Origin: Nymphaea colorata | Lineage: Eukaryota | Assembly (NCBI RefSeq): GCF_008831285.2 | Contig: NC_045138.2 | Coordinates: 10,106,001-10,170,000 of the forward strand | DNA length: 64,000 nt | Direction: 5' to 3' | Position numbers and translations under genes: made by a program | The notes under the pieces: generated by a model | Told to the model about the DNA's origin: nothing | Database searches by the model: none | What the model saw: only the letters and a program-made list of their open reading frames with translations | In this document: positions 16,833 through 29,789 of the stretch, one piece after another | How the letters are laid out: each line of letters opens with the position of its first letter | Position numbering within the stretch: the stretch's first letter is position 1

Positions 16833-19714
16833 CACTACGAAAAAAGGCCTATATGTGTGACGATTTTCACCGGTAGTAGCACCATTGCAAGTTATGTACC
16901 CATGAAAACTAGCATCCACATAGTCACCTATATAGACAACGTTAGAATACCACATACATGTGAATTCATCATCACTTGTATACACATACTACGGTGATTT
17001 TTTCACTGTTGTGAATATTTATACCGGTGACAGTTGGCACCGATATAATATGTGTCAGTGACTATTTCAACTACTATTGTCCCCAGTATAAAACTTACTT
17101 ATCATTGCTATAGGATCCACATTGGTGAAAAAGGTCGACGAAATAAAAAATTATACCAGTAACAAGTCGATTGTTGATGGCCAAGACTACAAGCATTAGC
17201 GGTGTCTCGCCAATATACGAGTGGAATGGTTATTATGTTCCCCACCACTATAGATCTAGGTGCAGTGAAATTTATGATTGCAATCGCCATCATTAATAAA
17301 AAAATCATTTAATTCAAAAAATTCTATAAAGTATTTATATAAAACCCTACACAAATCTAATGAAAATAACTTGTTGCTAGTATCAACAAATTTAAAATAT
17401 TAAATTAAAACTACTTCAGCAAAAAAAATGCTGCTATAATAAATGCAACCATTATCAGATTTTAAATATGTTATGTTATTTTTGTAGTTGACATACAATG
17501 GATTTGGCCATCTTTGTTTGGATTAATAACAGGTTGCACAACAATTCTTTGAATCTTTTGAGAGATTGCAAGATATCACATGCATATCATGACCTTTAGT
17601 TCTGTCGTTTTATGCTTCATGCAACAAGATGAAATATAAAATTCATGAGACGTCCCCTGCCTTCTTTTCGCCTTTATAGTAGTGCCATGAATCAATAACC
17701 TACAAAGAGGGTAAAATAAAAGGACTTAGATTTGTCAAGTAATTTCCTGAAAGCCTTCAACGAGCACCCAAATATAGTGAGTCCAACCACCTCAACCCAA
17801 AATTACACAAATCAGATAAGGAAAAGAAATGAAGTATTTAGAAAAGGAAATGGAATTCAGTTTTTTTAATAAGTGATGCTTATTGATCAAACACCGTGTT
17901 ACAAATGCACTTCCACAAGCTTTAAAGGTTATTATTCTATACTCTAGGTAACAATACTCCTTTGAAGGTTCTTAAAGATTGTGCATTTTGATATTTTTCT
18001 TGATAGCATAAGCAGGAACTGAAGTGCTGCCCCACCTTGGTTTCCTTTTGGTTAGACAACAAGTAAAATCAAAACTAGATACACCACTTCGTTTTAGAAA
18101 GCTCCTCCATGTATATCTAATGGATGTGACCTTTACATTTAAAAGAGTATGAAATTTATGAAAATGCATCTTTGTATTTCGATCATACCAGTCAAAAAAT
18201 AGAAATGACTAAAATAAGACAAAAGCAAAAAAGAAACAAAGATTCATAATAAATATGCCAATGACAGCAGAAGTTTTTTTTTCCCCATCATACTGCTCCC
18301 TTTACTGAGGAACTTGACCTGCAATGTGGAGACTAAATAAAAAAATTATGAAGCTAGCCATGAATGACCACTTATAAGGTCTATTAGTTCATCATACAGT
18401 ATCAAATGGAAGCCGAGTATAGGGCAGGTACAAAGAGAGAACGTTGAGTTTCTCAAGCTGAACTATTACGGTAACAAACATTTAATAGAAACCAATTGGT
18501 TGTACATGTACCTCTCTCTCTTCTCATATGCCAAGGTGTATATGCTTTCTTGCAGTCCCTATTCTGGCCTCACTGCACTAAATCCCCTCTTTTTGACAAC
18601 CTCACTCTCAATTCTAGAATGGGCCAACTAATTCCCCTGCATTGGCTGTCACACCGTTTTATTGCTTATGTGCAGTTTTGCACTTACAAAAACAAAAAAA
18701 TATGCCACATCTTCACGTTACTAAGTTTAGGAAGAAAAGGATCAAAAGCTCTAAACTCATGACACAAATGAGACATGCATACTCAAACGAATAATCAAAA
18801 TAAGAAATGAAAAAAAGATGTTACAACAAGAGCTATGGCATATGAAGAAAAAAGATGCAAGATCCACATGCAAGCCAAGAACATGAACTTACAAGGAACA
18901 TATTGATTGGCAGATGCATAAACTAGTAAAGTTGCAAAAGAATAAACAATTTATGGCAAAAGGAGCTGCATCTACCTGCTTAAGTGGGTGGACTTGATGA
19001 TTCCTAGTAGAAGATCAGAACTTCAATATTCAGAATGTTCTTCATAAAGAGATGTAAAGAAAGCTGGATTCTATAAAAACCACACAATCGGAATAGGAGA
19101 GATGGTCAAAAGGTAAAGCAGGACTGATTATGCAGGGAGCATCTCCTACCACTAGACCAATTCCAAGCTAATGCCAAATCTCTATCAAACACTCTTAGTA
19201 AAGATGCGGCCACCATTATTTGGACAACCATCCCTAAACAAGGGACTCCTCAAGTACTGAGTTCCAATGCTAGGTTCAAAACATACAATTTAGAGAAAGA
19301 TATGATGCCTAGGTGTCACTGGTTTGGTGTCTAGATTGCTGCAAGACTAGGTGGTGCTAGGCTGGTCTTGACTAGAAAGAACATGATGTACTTCAAATCT
19401 CCAATGTTCTTGTGAATTTGAACTCTTACTGGAATGAAAATTGAAAGTTATACTAGGAATTACTAAAACTACTACATATAGGAGGAATGGAAGATGCGCT
19501 GCCAAAATGGTCCTTGTTATCCTGAAAATTTAAGTCACAATATTTGTCTAATATACTTTTTACTGTCAGAAATGTTGTTCCACACTTCTATAGGCAACAA
19601 AGCGTTAGTGCAAGACTTTACTTATTAGCTTGCATGGCCTACAAGCATTTAACCATATCTATCTACCACGTGCTTTTCTGCAAATCACAAACATGAGGTC
19701 TCTTTGGTACACTA

Positions 19715-20104
19715 TGTTAAAATATAAATCCTTCACCAGCACGTTGAAGAGGAGTCTCTTAGGATTCCACCTCCTTGTAGAATGTGTTAAGATATTTAAT
19801 GTCCTTGTAACATGTGATGAGTCTCCTAGGATTCTATGTTGTAGTTAATATCCTTGTTATATGGGAAGTCTCCTAGGATTCTATGTTGTAGTTAATATCC
19901 TTGTAATATGTGAAGTCTCTTAGGTTTCTATGATGTAATTAATGTCCTTGGAACTTGTGAAATCTCCTAGGATTCTACGATTGGAGACTCTTAGAATTCT
20001 GAAAATGAGATTATAAATAGAGACCGTGCAAACCATTTTGGCTACGGCTTCTTCTCCTCAGTTTCTTCTTGTTTTCATTCTCTCTCTCTCTCACTCTCTC
20101 TCTC

Positions 20105-20156
<52 letters not shown>

Positions 20157-23100
20157 TGCGTGAGTGCTGTTTTCTGGTTACAGATATTGGTGCTAGATTT
20201 CTATCATGGTATCAGAGCCAGGTTACGTTATCTCTACCAAACGAAATGCCCAAACAGGTCTGATCTGGTTAGAACTCTTTTCTCATCTTGTCTCTATCCT
20301 GAATTTACTTTTCTCTTGCGCAATTCTTGTTCCTTTTTCTTCTTGCTTACCCAAGGGCACATCTTGTTATATCATGTTTTCTTTCCCTCTCATCTTCTAC
20401 CTATATACCATTCCTTTCTGCTGTCATGGAAAACCTTTCGCATTCTGGCATGTCCTCAAGTTTTCTTCCTCACCTTATTACCGAAAAACTCAACCATGAG
20501 AATTATCTGATCTGGAAAAGGCAAATCATGCCTTTCATAAGAAGTCAAGGCCTCTTTGGACATCTCGATGGTTCAACAAAGGCTCCACCAATATCCGTCT
20601 TACCGAAAATAAAAAATGAGGCAGGAGAAGTTATTGTTGTTCATGAAGACAACAATCCTGAACATGCTATGTGGATGAGACGTGATCAAAGTCTGGTTGC
20701 GTATATTTTGTCCACTTTATCTCAACAAGTGTTACTTTCAGTTTCTGATGATTGTACTGCAGAAGAATTATGGGAAACCCTTGCTGATACCTTTTCCCAA
20801 ATATCAGAAGCTCGAATTATGTACTTAAAGAAAGAATTTCAGAATTTGAGCAAAGGTTCAACGTCTATCATGGATTATTTGAGGCGTATTAAGGCCGTCG
20901 CAGACCAACTTGCTGCCTCAGGGAATAACATTTCTGATAAGGAAAAGGTGCAGCAAACCTTGAATGGACTTGGGCATGATTATCATGCTTTTATTATAGC
21001 TCTTGAGGTCCTTCATGTTCTTCCTTCCTTCAACGAACTACAAGGTAAACTTTTCCAACATGAAATGAATATGAAAAGAGTCATTGAAAGGACTGATCAG
21101 GAGAACTCCCAAAATGTGTTGGCTATGAATGTAAAGTTTGGTAAGAGCCATGGGAACTCCAACCATGGTGGTCGTGGCATTCTACCAACACCACATAACC
21201 AAGGTATGTCTCCTTTGGATACTTCAAGAAAAATACCAATTTGTTTTCAGTGCAACAAGAAAGGACACATGAAGGCACAATGTTGGTTTAATCCTCAAAA
21301 TAAAAACAAAGGGGTAAGACATGATTATAAACAAGGAGGACAAAGTTCTAAATCCACCGCTGAAGATATGCAACAGCTATTGATGACCACATTCTCAAAG
21401 ATGACTATAAATCAAAATGAGCTGGGAGAATGGTTCTTGGATTCAGGTGCAGCTACCCATGTGACAGGAAATGCAGGTAAATTGACTAACTTATCCCCTC
21501 ATTACGGTAGAAGTTGCATTATAACAGGTGATGGAAAATCTCATCCTATTACACATATTGGAAATGCACATATTCCATTGTCATCCTCGTCTCTATCACT
21601 GTCTAATGTTGTTCTTGCTCCCAATATCAAAAATAACATCATATCCATTTCTAAACTCATTGATGATACAAGCTCTTCTATTGAATTCACACCTTCTTCT
21701 GTCTATGTCAAGGACCTCCAAACGAAGAAAATGTTCGCTAGAGGGGAGCGTCAAGGGAATATGTACGTCCTCAAGGAATGTCTACCCAAGGATTCATCCA
21801 CTTTTGATATAGGATTGAAGACATTTTCTCTTTCTCATAATGCGTCATCAATGCCAAGTTCTTGCCATTTTCAATCAAAAGTAAGGGGCCCCAACCAATT
21901 TTTGGAGTCTGATTTGTGGCATAGTCGGCTAGGACACTGTGGTCGACATTTCATTGAAAACTTGTCACAGATAGTCTCATTCCAAGATCAAGTTTACCTC
22001 TTACTTCAAGTGTCAAAAAATGTTCAAGTTGTGGACTTTGTAAGAGTCATGTTTTACATTTCCATAATATAAATCAAAGGGCTTCCAAACCTTTTGAAAC
22101 TATTTTTTCTGATGTATGGGGGCCAGCCCCTATTGATTCCATGTCTGGGTCAAGATATTATGTCTTATTCAGACTCTTACTCACGTTTCACCTGGATTTA
22201 CTTCATGAAACACAAATCAGAAGTACCTCACATATTTCGAAACTTCTATGCCATGATTCAAACTAAATTTTCATCCAATGTGGTGCATTTTCAATGTGAT
22301 GGAGGGGGAGAATATTCCTCGCTTGATTTTATTGAATTTCTACGTGAAAAAGGGATAACTAGACAAATTTCCTGCCCTTACACACCACAACAAAATGGTG
22401 TAGTTGAGCGGAAACATCGACATATAGTTGAAAGCGCCATGAGCATAATGCATGATACTAATGTGCCCATTTCCTTGTGGACTGAAGCCTTCCATACTGC
22501 TGTATACATAATAAATTGTTTGCCTATGACACTCTTGATGTCTAAATCGCCATATTTTACACTCTTACGCAAACAACCTGATTACAAGAACTTGAAGGTT
22601 TTTGGTTGTGTATGCTATGTTCACGTTGATGCTGCCTTGAGGAACAAGTTTCAAGACAAAGCTATTCAATGTAGATTCGTTGGATATGCTGATGAATATA
22701 AAGGTTTTCGATGCTATGATCCAACAACTAAACGTATCAAAACTTCAAGAAATGTCATTTTTGATGAACATAGTTTTGATAATACAAATGAAATGCCTAT
22801 GACCATTGAATCTTATGATCCCTGGACCAGTACACAGTTATTCAATGCAGATCCTGTTATAGAAAATGATGTGCCTCAAAGTGAAGATTCAGAGAGAGCA
22901 ATACAACCGTCAGATATGGCTCAAAGTGAAAATCAAGAAGATCCAACACAGTCATCAAGTCATCACGAAAACAATAATGAAGAACAGAGCAACGATGCAC
23001 ATCGGTATTCGGGTCTTATCTACAGTCGACGACTAAGGGACAGAGATGCTCACAGTGAAGAAGACAACATGCCCCACCTTAGAAGATCCCAACGCATTCG

Positions 23101-25188
23101 TCATCCCATTCACAGGTGGGTTAGCTATGATTCTTTATCACTTGATTTTCAGTTATTCATGGCAAAAGTTGGCAAGGAGGAAGAACCTACTTCATTTGAT
23201 CAAGCATCAAAATCACATCATTGGAGAAAGGCTATGAAAGAAGAAATGGATGCCTTGCATGAATGTGGAACATGGGAGATCGTTCCAAGGCCACACGAAA
23301 AGAACGTAGTGGGCTCCAAATGGGTATACAAAATTAAATACAAACCTGACGGCAGCATAGAAAGACACAAAGCAAGGTTAGTAGCAAAAGGGTTTACACA
23401 ACAATATGGAGAAGATTATGATGAGACATTCAGCCCTGTGATCAAAATGGGAACAATTCGCGTGATTATATCATTGGCAGTTGAATATGGATGGAGACTA
23501 CATCAAATGGACGTGAAGAATGCTTTTCTTCATGGTGATTTAAGGGAGGAAGTATATATGGAACAACCTCCAGGATACACGAAAGGAGACTTTCATGCAT
23601 GGGTTTGCAAACTAAGAAAATCTATTTATGGACTTAAACAGGCCTCACGTTCGTGGTTTGACAGTTTCTCTTGCAAGATTCAAGAATGTGGTTTTTGGAG
23701 ATGTCCTCTAGATCACTCTCTTTTCATTTATCGAAAGGAAAACATATTTACTTTACTTCTTATATATGTTGATGATATTGTTATCACAGGCAATTCAGAA
23801 AAACACATAGAAGAAGCTAAAGTTTTGATGATGCAAAACTTCAAAATGAAAGAGCTTGGTGATTTACGATTCTTTCTTGGAGTGGAGATTGATAGGCACA
23901 ATAATCGCCTCACATTGACACAACAGAAATACACGTTGGATCTGCTGAAAAAGTCAGGTATGTCTGATTGTAAGCATGTTGGAACTCCTAGTGTTCTAAA
24001 TCAAAGACTAAGTGCTCAAGATGGGGAGTTATATGAAGATCCTACGCAATATCGAAGTATTGTTGGGGCACTTCAATATCTTACATTTACTAGACCAGAT
24101 ATTATATATGCCGTGAATCAAGTATCCCAATTTATGCATGCACCTAGAGATACTCACATGGATGCTGTCAAAAGAATATTAAGATATCTTAAAGGGACAG
24201 CAGGAGATGACTTAGTTTATGGGAAGAGTGAAAATATAACTACTGGACATCAACTTATGACATTCACAGATGCAGATTGGGCTGGAGATCCAGATCAAAG
24301 AAAGTCCATTTCTGGTTTTTGTATTTTCATTGGACGTAATCTTGTGTCTTGGAGTTGTCGAAAGCAAAAGGCAGTAGCAAGATCCAGCACTGAAGCTGAA
24401 TACAGATGCATGGCTGCAGGTACTGCTGAAGTTACATGGGTTAGACATTTGCTAGAAGACATTGGAGAAAAGATTAAAACATCAATGTTAATGTGCGATA
24501 ATCAAAGCGCTATTAACATTGCCTTTAATCCCGTACAACATGGTCGAACAAAGCACATTGAGATTGATCAACACTTTGTTAGACAAAAGGTGGAAGACAA
24601 GGAGATTCAGCCTATTTATGTTCGTACAGATGAACAAGTTGCAGACTTATTTACAAAAGGATTAACAAAGGAATGATTCTAGTTTCTAAAAGGCAAGTTG
24701 TACATGGTGCAAAACCATGCACAACTTGAGGGAGGGTGTTAAAATATAAATCCTTCACCAGCATGTTGAAGAGGAGTCTCTTAGGATTCCACCTCCTTGT
24801 AGAATGTGTTAAGATATTTAATGTCCTTGTAACATGTGAAGAGTCTCCTAGGATTCTATGTTGTAGTTAATATCCTTGTTATATGGGAAGTCTCCTAGGA
24901 TTCTATGTTGTAGTTAATATCATTGTAATATGTGAAGTCTCTTAGGTTTCTATGATGTAATTAATGTCCTTGGAGCTTGTGAAATCTCCTAGGATTCTAC
25001 GATTGGAGACTCTTAGAATTCTGGAAATGGGATTATAAATAGAGACTGTGCAAACCATTTTGGCTACGGCTTCTTCTCCTCAGTTTCTTCTTGTTTTCAT
25101 TCTCTCTCTCCCTCTCTCTCTCTCTATCTCTATCTTCCTGCGTGAGTGCTGTTTTCTGGTTACAGATATTGGTGCTAGATTTCTATCA
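19715..25188 (+). mobile_element. Full-length Ty1/Copia LTR retrotransposon (5.47 kb), young
   Basis: LTRs 19715-20206 and 24737-25188 (TG...CA); TSD CACTA at 19710-19714 and 25189-25193; tRNA-iMet PBS TGGTATCAGAGCCA at 20207-20220; PPT GAGGGAGGG at 24728-24736. Confidence 0.98.
20426..24676 (+). pseudogene. Copia gag-pol polyprotein (gag, CCHC knuckle, protease, GAG-pre-integrase, integrase, RT, RNase H), disrupted
   Basis: Motifs CFQCNKKGHMKAQC, WFLDSGAATHV, LWHSRLGH, QCDGGGEY, QNGVVERKHRH, LLIYVDDI, DADWAG, SSTEAEY and QVADLFTK. Frameshifts near 21960 and 22170; premature TGA at 24674-24676. Confidence 0.95.
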
Positions 25189-28100
25189 CACTATCATATA
25201 TACAAGTATTCTTTATTTTTGATGAAGTGTCAAACTTGGCAGCCTCTTCTTGTAACTTAACAATGGTCTTACATGTAGGGGCAAAAATTAGAACAATTGG
25301 ACCACCATGGGGGAGCTGAGGCAACAAAAGATGTTGAACTAAGCATGCTTAATATATATGATCTGAAACATCATGAACAGTCTTTGGCTTCTAAAGTTAC
25401 ACAAAAATAGGCTGAGCATTGATATGGACAATGGCTGGCAAATTATAGGGAAGTGTTTTTCTTCCAGAACTTGTCTCAGCAATGATTATATAATGAAGTC
25501 CCTTTAGAGCCATTGAGCAGCCTTGAGATTGGATTGGTGTTGGCTTAACAAATCCAGCTTTGAGGATCTCTTGCATGACATAGTCTGAAGTCAAGACCAA
25601 AGGAACCTTATACTATTAGAAGTGAACAAATCCAACTTATGGTAATAATTGACACAACAAAATTAAAACTGAAAAGAAATCCTCATATAAATAAGTTGTT
25701 CAACCGTTTTCTCAACATCATATCTCCTATAAATGAACGAAAATAAAAAGGGAATTAAAAGTTTTAGATAAGAATGAGCATAATGAAAAGCAAGTTAAGT
25801 GGATCTAATGGATTCTTGTTCGTATATTTTTGAATAGCACTGACTTTGTTCTAACATGGAATTCTTGTTCCAGCAATCACATTCCTACTTTCTTCATTTC
25901 TCATTTTATTTACTTATTGCTTTGTCAATTTTTGCTTCATCAATTTCAAGTAGCTTTAGGAAAAAAATCTGAAGTGGCTTAAGACAGATTATTTGAGGCT
26001 GTAGTCAACATCTATAAGCCTATAAACTAGCATAAGGCAGCAAAAATATCTAGATATAAACTAGGAGAGAGGCAATCATCAAATGTAATGCTGTAGCCAA
26101 AGAACCACTCCATGAACTAATAAAATATTGTGTCATACCTTTAATGTATGCCAATGGTAGGTGGCAACTAAATACCTCCACTAACATGTGTTTCTTCAGG
26201 AGCACTCTCATCTACACATGTCCTTTCACTGAATTCATTTGCTAATTCTTCTACTTTAAATGGCTTATATGTCATGTCCAAGGTGATCTGCGCACATCTT
26301 ATCATTTTGTGGGTTTTTTAAAGTCTCAAAATCTTTTAGTTGGATAAGTGGTGAAGATTTATCATGTTAAATTTTTCATCAGCTTTTGTAGAGGCCTTTC
26401 CAAAGTTGAGAAGGTCAAGTCTTCTGAGCAAAATCAAGAACATCATGACGTTCACATATTGAGAAGATTCTTTCTCTCATAGAGGTTTTGGAGCTTGTTT
26501 GGGCCATTTCTGGGAAAAGAAATCCAAACCAAAGAGGCCTTCTGGTCGAAAGGCTGAGAGGCTGATTGCCATGACTTTTGCAGCCAAATGATTAAACCGA
26601 GAAGCAAGCACATGTTTGAAACTTTCTATCTGAGGAAGGGAACAACTTTGTGACAACCATGGAAAGCCTGAATGCCATGCCCACATTAGGTTAATCCTCA
26701 AAATGGACCTCTAGTTCTTCTTTCCTGTAAATTCATATTAAAGAAAACAAGAGTTAGTTTCCAAGCATGCAAAGAGATAGTAGTTCCATTGAAAACCACT
26801 TCATATGCTTCGGGTCAAACTGATTGACAAAAATTATGTTTAATATTGATTAAACCAATCAGGTCATCTGAGTAGAAAAGTAAAGGAGACCATGAAATCC
26901 TCTCACATCAGACTACTCAAGTGAGTCAAAACTCAAAAGAAAGAACTAGAGTATCATTTTGATTCCCAAACTTATGGGTATTAGAAAACTCAATGATGTA
27001 GAGAAGAAGTCAGCCTATGGGATCATTAATATATCCCAATAAAGGACATCTTTGAGTATCCTGATCAGCAAAGGATCGCTCTAACAGTGACTCTTCATTG
27101 GTTGCTATAGGAAAAAATGTCATAGTATGTACTGCAAAAGAGAAAACTTTCCATGAGATACTATGTATATAACAAATTTACTTTCACAGAATAGTCCTAT
27201 AAATGGGAAACCTTGATTAAAGAAACTAAAGACATGGTAAGTGTTCAACAACATGCAATTAGATTATAAGATATCACAAGGTAATCAATCTAAAACCCTA
27301 ACAATTGGTGACAAAGCTTGAGAAGATTGACAAGGAATGAAAGATCCACCCAAACATATTAAAGATTTGAAATCCCATTACACGTATGGCACCTTTAACC
27401 AGCCATAATCTAAATCAAGCCACTGCAAAATCAAAACACAGGCTCACATTGAGCTAGAAAGTTCTGGACAAATTTGTGTAGGTCTCCTAGGTGGGCTTTA
27501 ATAACATCCATATGAAAATTGGGTGCTATAGCCTCAACATGTTTGTGGATCCAACTTATAACAAATGAAGGAATTGCTGATATAAGTTTGTCTATTGAGT
27601 TCCAAGATAGTATCATCCCATCTTTCATAGTACATGAACCAAATTTCTACAAACTGAAGTTGGATATGTTTCTTATTTTACCTTTGCTTGATTATAACTA
27701 TTTGCATATAATTGACAAGAACAATAAAGCAATAAATGGACATAAAAAACAGCAGCAAGTCTAATAGTTGAATACTGAAACCTTTCATACTCTTTTTCCC
27801 TGAACAAGCTAAAACACATCAAAAGAAATTTTACTTCTCAGCCTTGGATCCCTCTAATCATCCAACTATGAAATATTACGACCACTTCAATATTGTCTAC
27901 CCTTGTGTTCTACTATATCCACGAAAAAAGGATAAGAATGACAACAGAATAATTACAAAACGAGACAGATGATGAAGCAAGACTCACTTGGAAAAAGCTC
28001 CAGCAGTCCTTGATATCCATTGACAAGACTAACTGATAGGACAAGACAGAAAATGTGTGTATGAGAGAGAGAGAGAGAGAGAGCATTGTTATTCATTGTC

Positions 28101-28299
28101 ATGATTATCTACATGATGACTACAAAAGTTACTATTCCCAGGATCATTTACATCAACCAAAAAAAAAGTACCAAAAAAAATATCATTTACATCAAACAAC
28201 CTAAAGTACCAAAATATGATCATTTACAACAAAATGACAAAAAATACTGCCCATATGACCATTTACAGCCATGTACATGCATGTACCAAACATACAAAA

Positions 28300-29490
28300 A
28301 CTATGATTGATATACATTAAAATATTATTTATATGTTGTCATAAGTTGCTATCTTTGTGCCTTGGGATCCATCAACACCTTCCATGTGTCCACGGAGCCC
28401 ACATGTATGGGTACACCCAAAATAGTCCCTTGCAACCTACTAGGAAGTATGTTGCTACTATTGTGACGTGCTTCATTTGTATTTTGTGGTCCTTGTGATG
28501 TTTGCTCTACAATCTTAGCCTGCACATATAAAAAAGAGCTTCAAATGGTATACATTCACCTATGAACAAAAACAAATGTGAAGCTACTATGCTTATAATT
28601 ACAGTACCAACACCTTTTGTCCCACTTGAAAATCACGTGCATGTGTGAGTTTTAATCCAAATATCATACCAAGGCATATCGACACCATCATTTCCATAAG
28701 TGGGCTGTATCATAAGTAGTATGTCATTACAGTATTACCAGTCATATAATAAAATATAGTACTCATGTAGAAAATGCAATGAATTCTAACTATTATGAAC
28801 TTGTTTTGCACAAGAATATGTCAAGCTCTTTGTTCCAAAGTTTGAAGCATTGTTTGTTGTGCACGATTAGTGACATTTGTAGCACTATGTGTCTATAGAT
28901 GAAAAACTACAAACATTAAAATAAGTATATTAAATTTGCTACTTTTGTTGCATGTAAGACTCACCTTTGACTTATCTGTAGCAAAATATTCTTTAGAGAT
29001 GCCTATTGATCTTGAGGAATGTCTTTGGGGCAGGCATGTGAGTGTGCATTTTCGGTATCAGAAATTTTATAAATATTTTGAAGTGTGTCCTTCCATTCAG
29101 CCATTTTTTTAAAGATTCCACAATTAAGCATTTAAAAACCTCTACAAGCTCTGTGTTATCTGCAAATTCAAATTTGTTCTACATCATAAAATTGAAGTCA
29201 TTCCATAATAAAAATGATCTACTTGAAATATATACTTTTACAGATGTCCATACATTGTCCTTATAGCTATCAGGCATCATAGTCCATGTATGGTAATTGG
29301 TAAATAAATGGTGGCTTGATTGTATCTTGAGCTAAAACACCTAAATAACATTTCATATCTTTTGCATGTGGTCCATATGGCTGCCCTAACTTATTAATCA
29401 AAATTGGAAGCTTGCTGCAAGAAGGTAATCTCATAATAGCTAAAGCTTGATTCAGACCTCTTAACTTCTTTTGTGATACATCTAAAACTT
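28300..29490 (-). pseudogene. CACTA TnpA-like (Ptta/En/Spm Transposase_24) exons, degenerate
   Basis: Minus-strand peptides PYGPHAKDM, YHTWTMMP..YKDNVW, SATNVTNRAQQ..FGTKS and WYDIWIKTH, separated by intron-like sequence. Confidence 0.7.
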
Positions 29491-29789
29491 GTCAACACAT
29501 TTAAACATTCATATGCATCAAATTATAAAACAAATTGTAAATCAAGTTATAAATGAACGTAATATGTTAATCAAATAATACCAGAGCTGGCCTGTCAGCA
29601 AGTATTTAGCAGGTACGTTATGAGGCATTCAAAATTATATATCAAAACAATTATGAACATGATGTAGTTTAAAAGGAAACATAATGTAATGAAATAATAT
29701 GCAATTGTCATCCATGAGACATGTGTTAATCTAATGAAATGAAAGAAGACACTTACTAATATTTGCAATATTATCAACATATTTATTAC

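Larger units (their letters stand above)
19674..25584 (-). pseudogene. Captured DEAD-box RNA helicase fragment (DBP2/p68; plant RH20/RH30 type): exon 25584-25401, intron, then exon 25315-25189 continuing at 19709-19674 across the Copia
   Basis: First exon: [22 protein letters not shown]...[23 protein letters not shown] (Q motif, motif I). A GT-AG intron spans 25400-25316. Next exon: PHGGPIVLIFAPTCKTIVKLQEEAAKFDTSSKIKNTCIYDSV|PKRPHVCDLQK, i.e. a degenerate GPIVLVLAPTRELAVQIQ...TCIYGGVPKGPQVRDLQK. Confidence 0.9.

Noticed and set aside
19710..19714. CACTA pentamer (also 25189-25193) as a CACTA transposon terminus
   Set aside because: It is the direct 5-bp TSD of the Copia, with no TIR or subterminal repeats.
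19755..20000. CRISPR-like regularly spaced repeats
   Set aside because: Contiguous tandem units without unique spacers, inside a plant LTR and duplicated in the 3' LTR; no cas genes.
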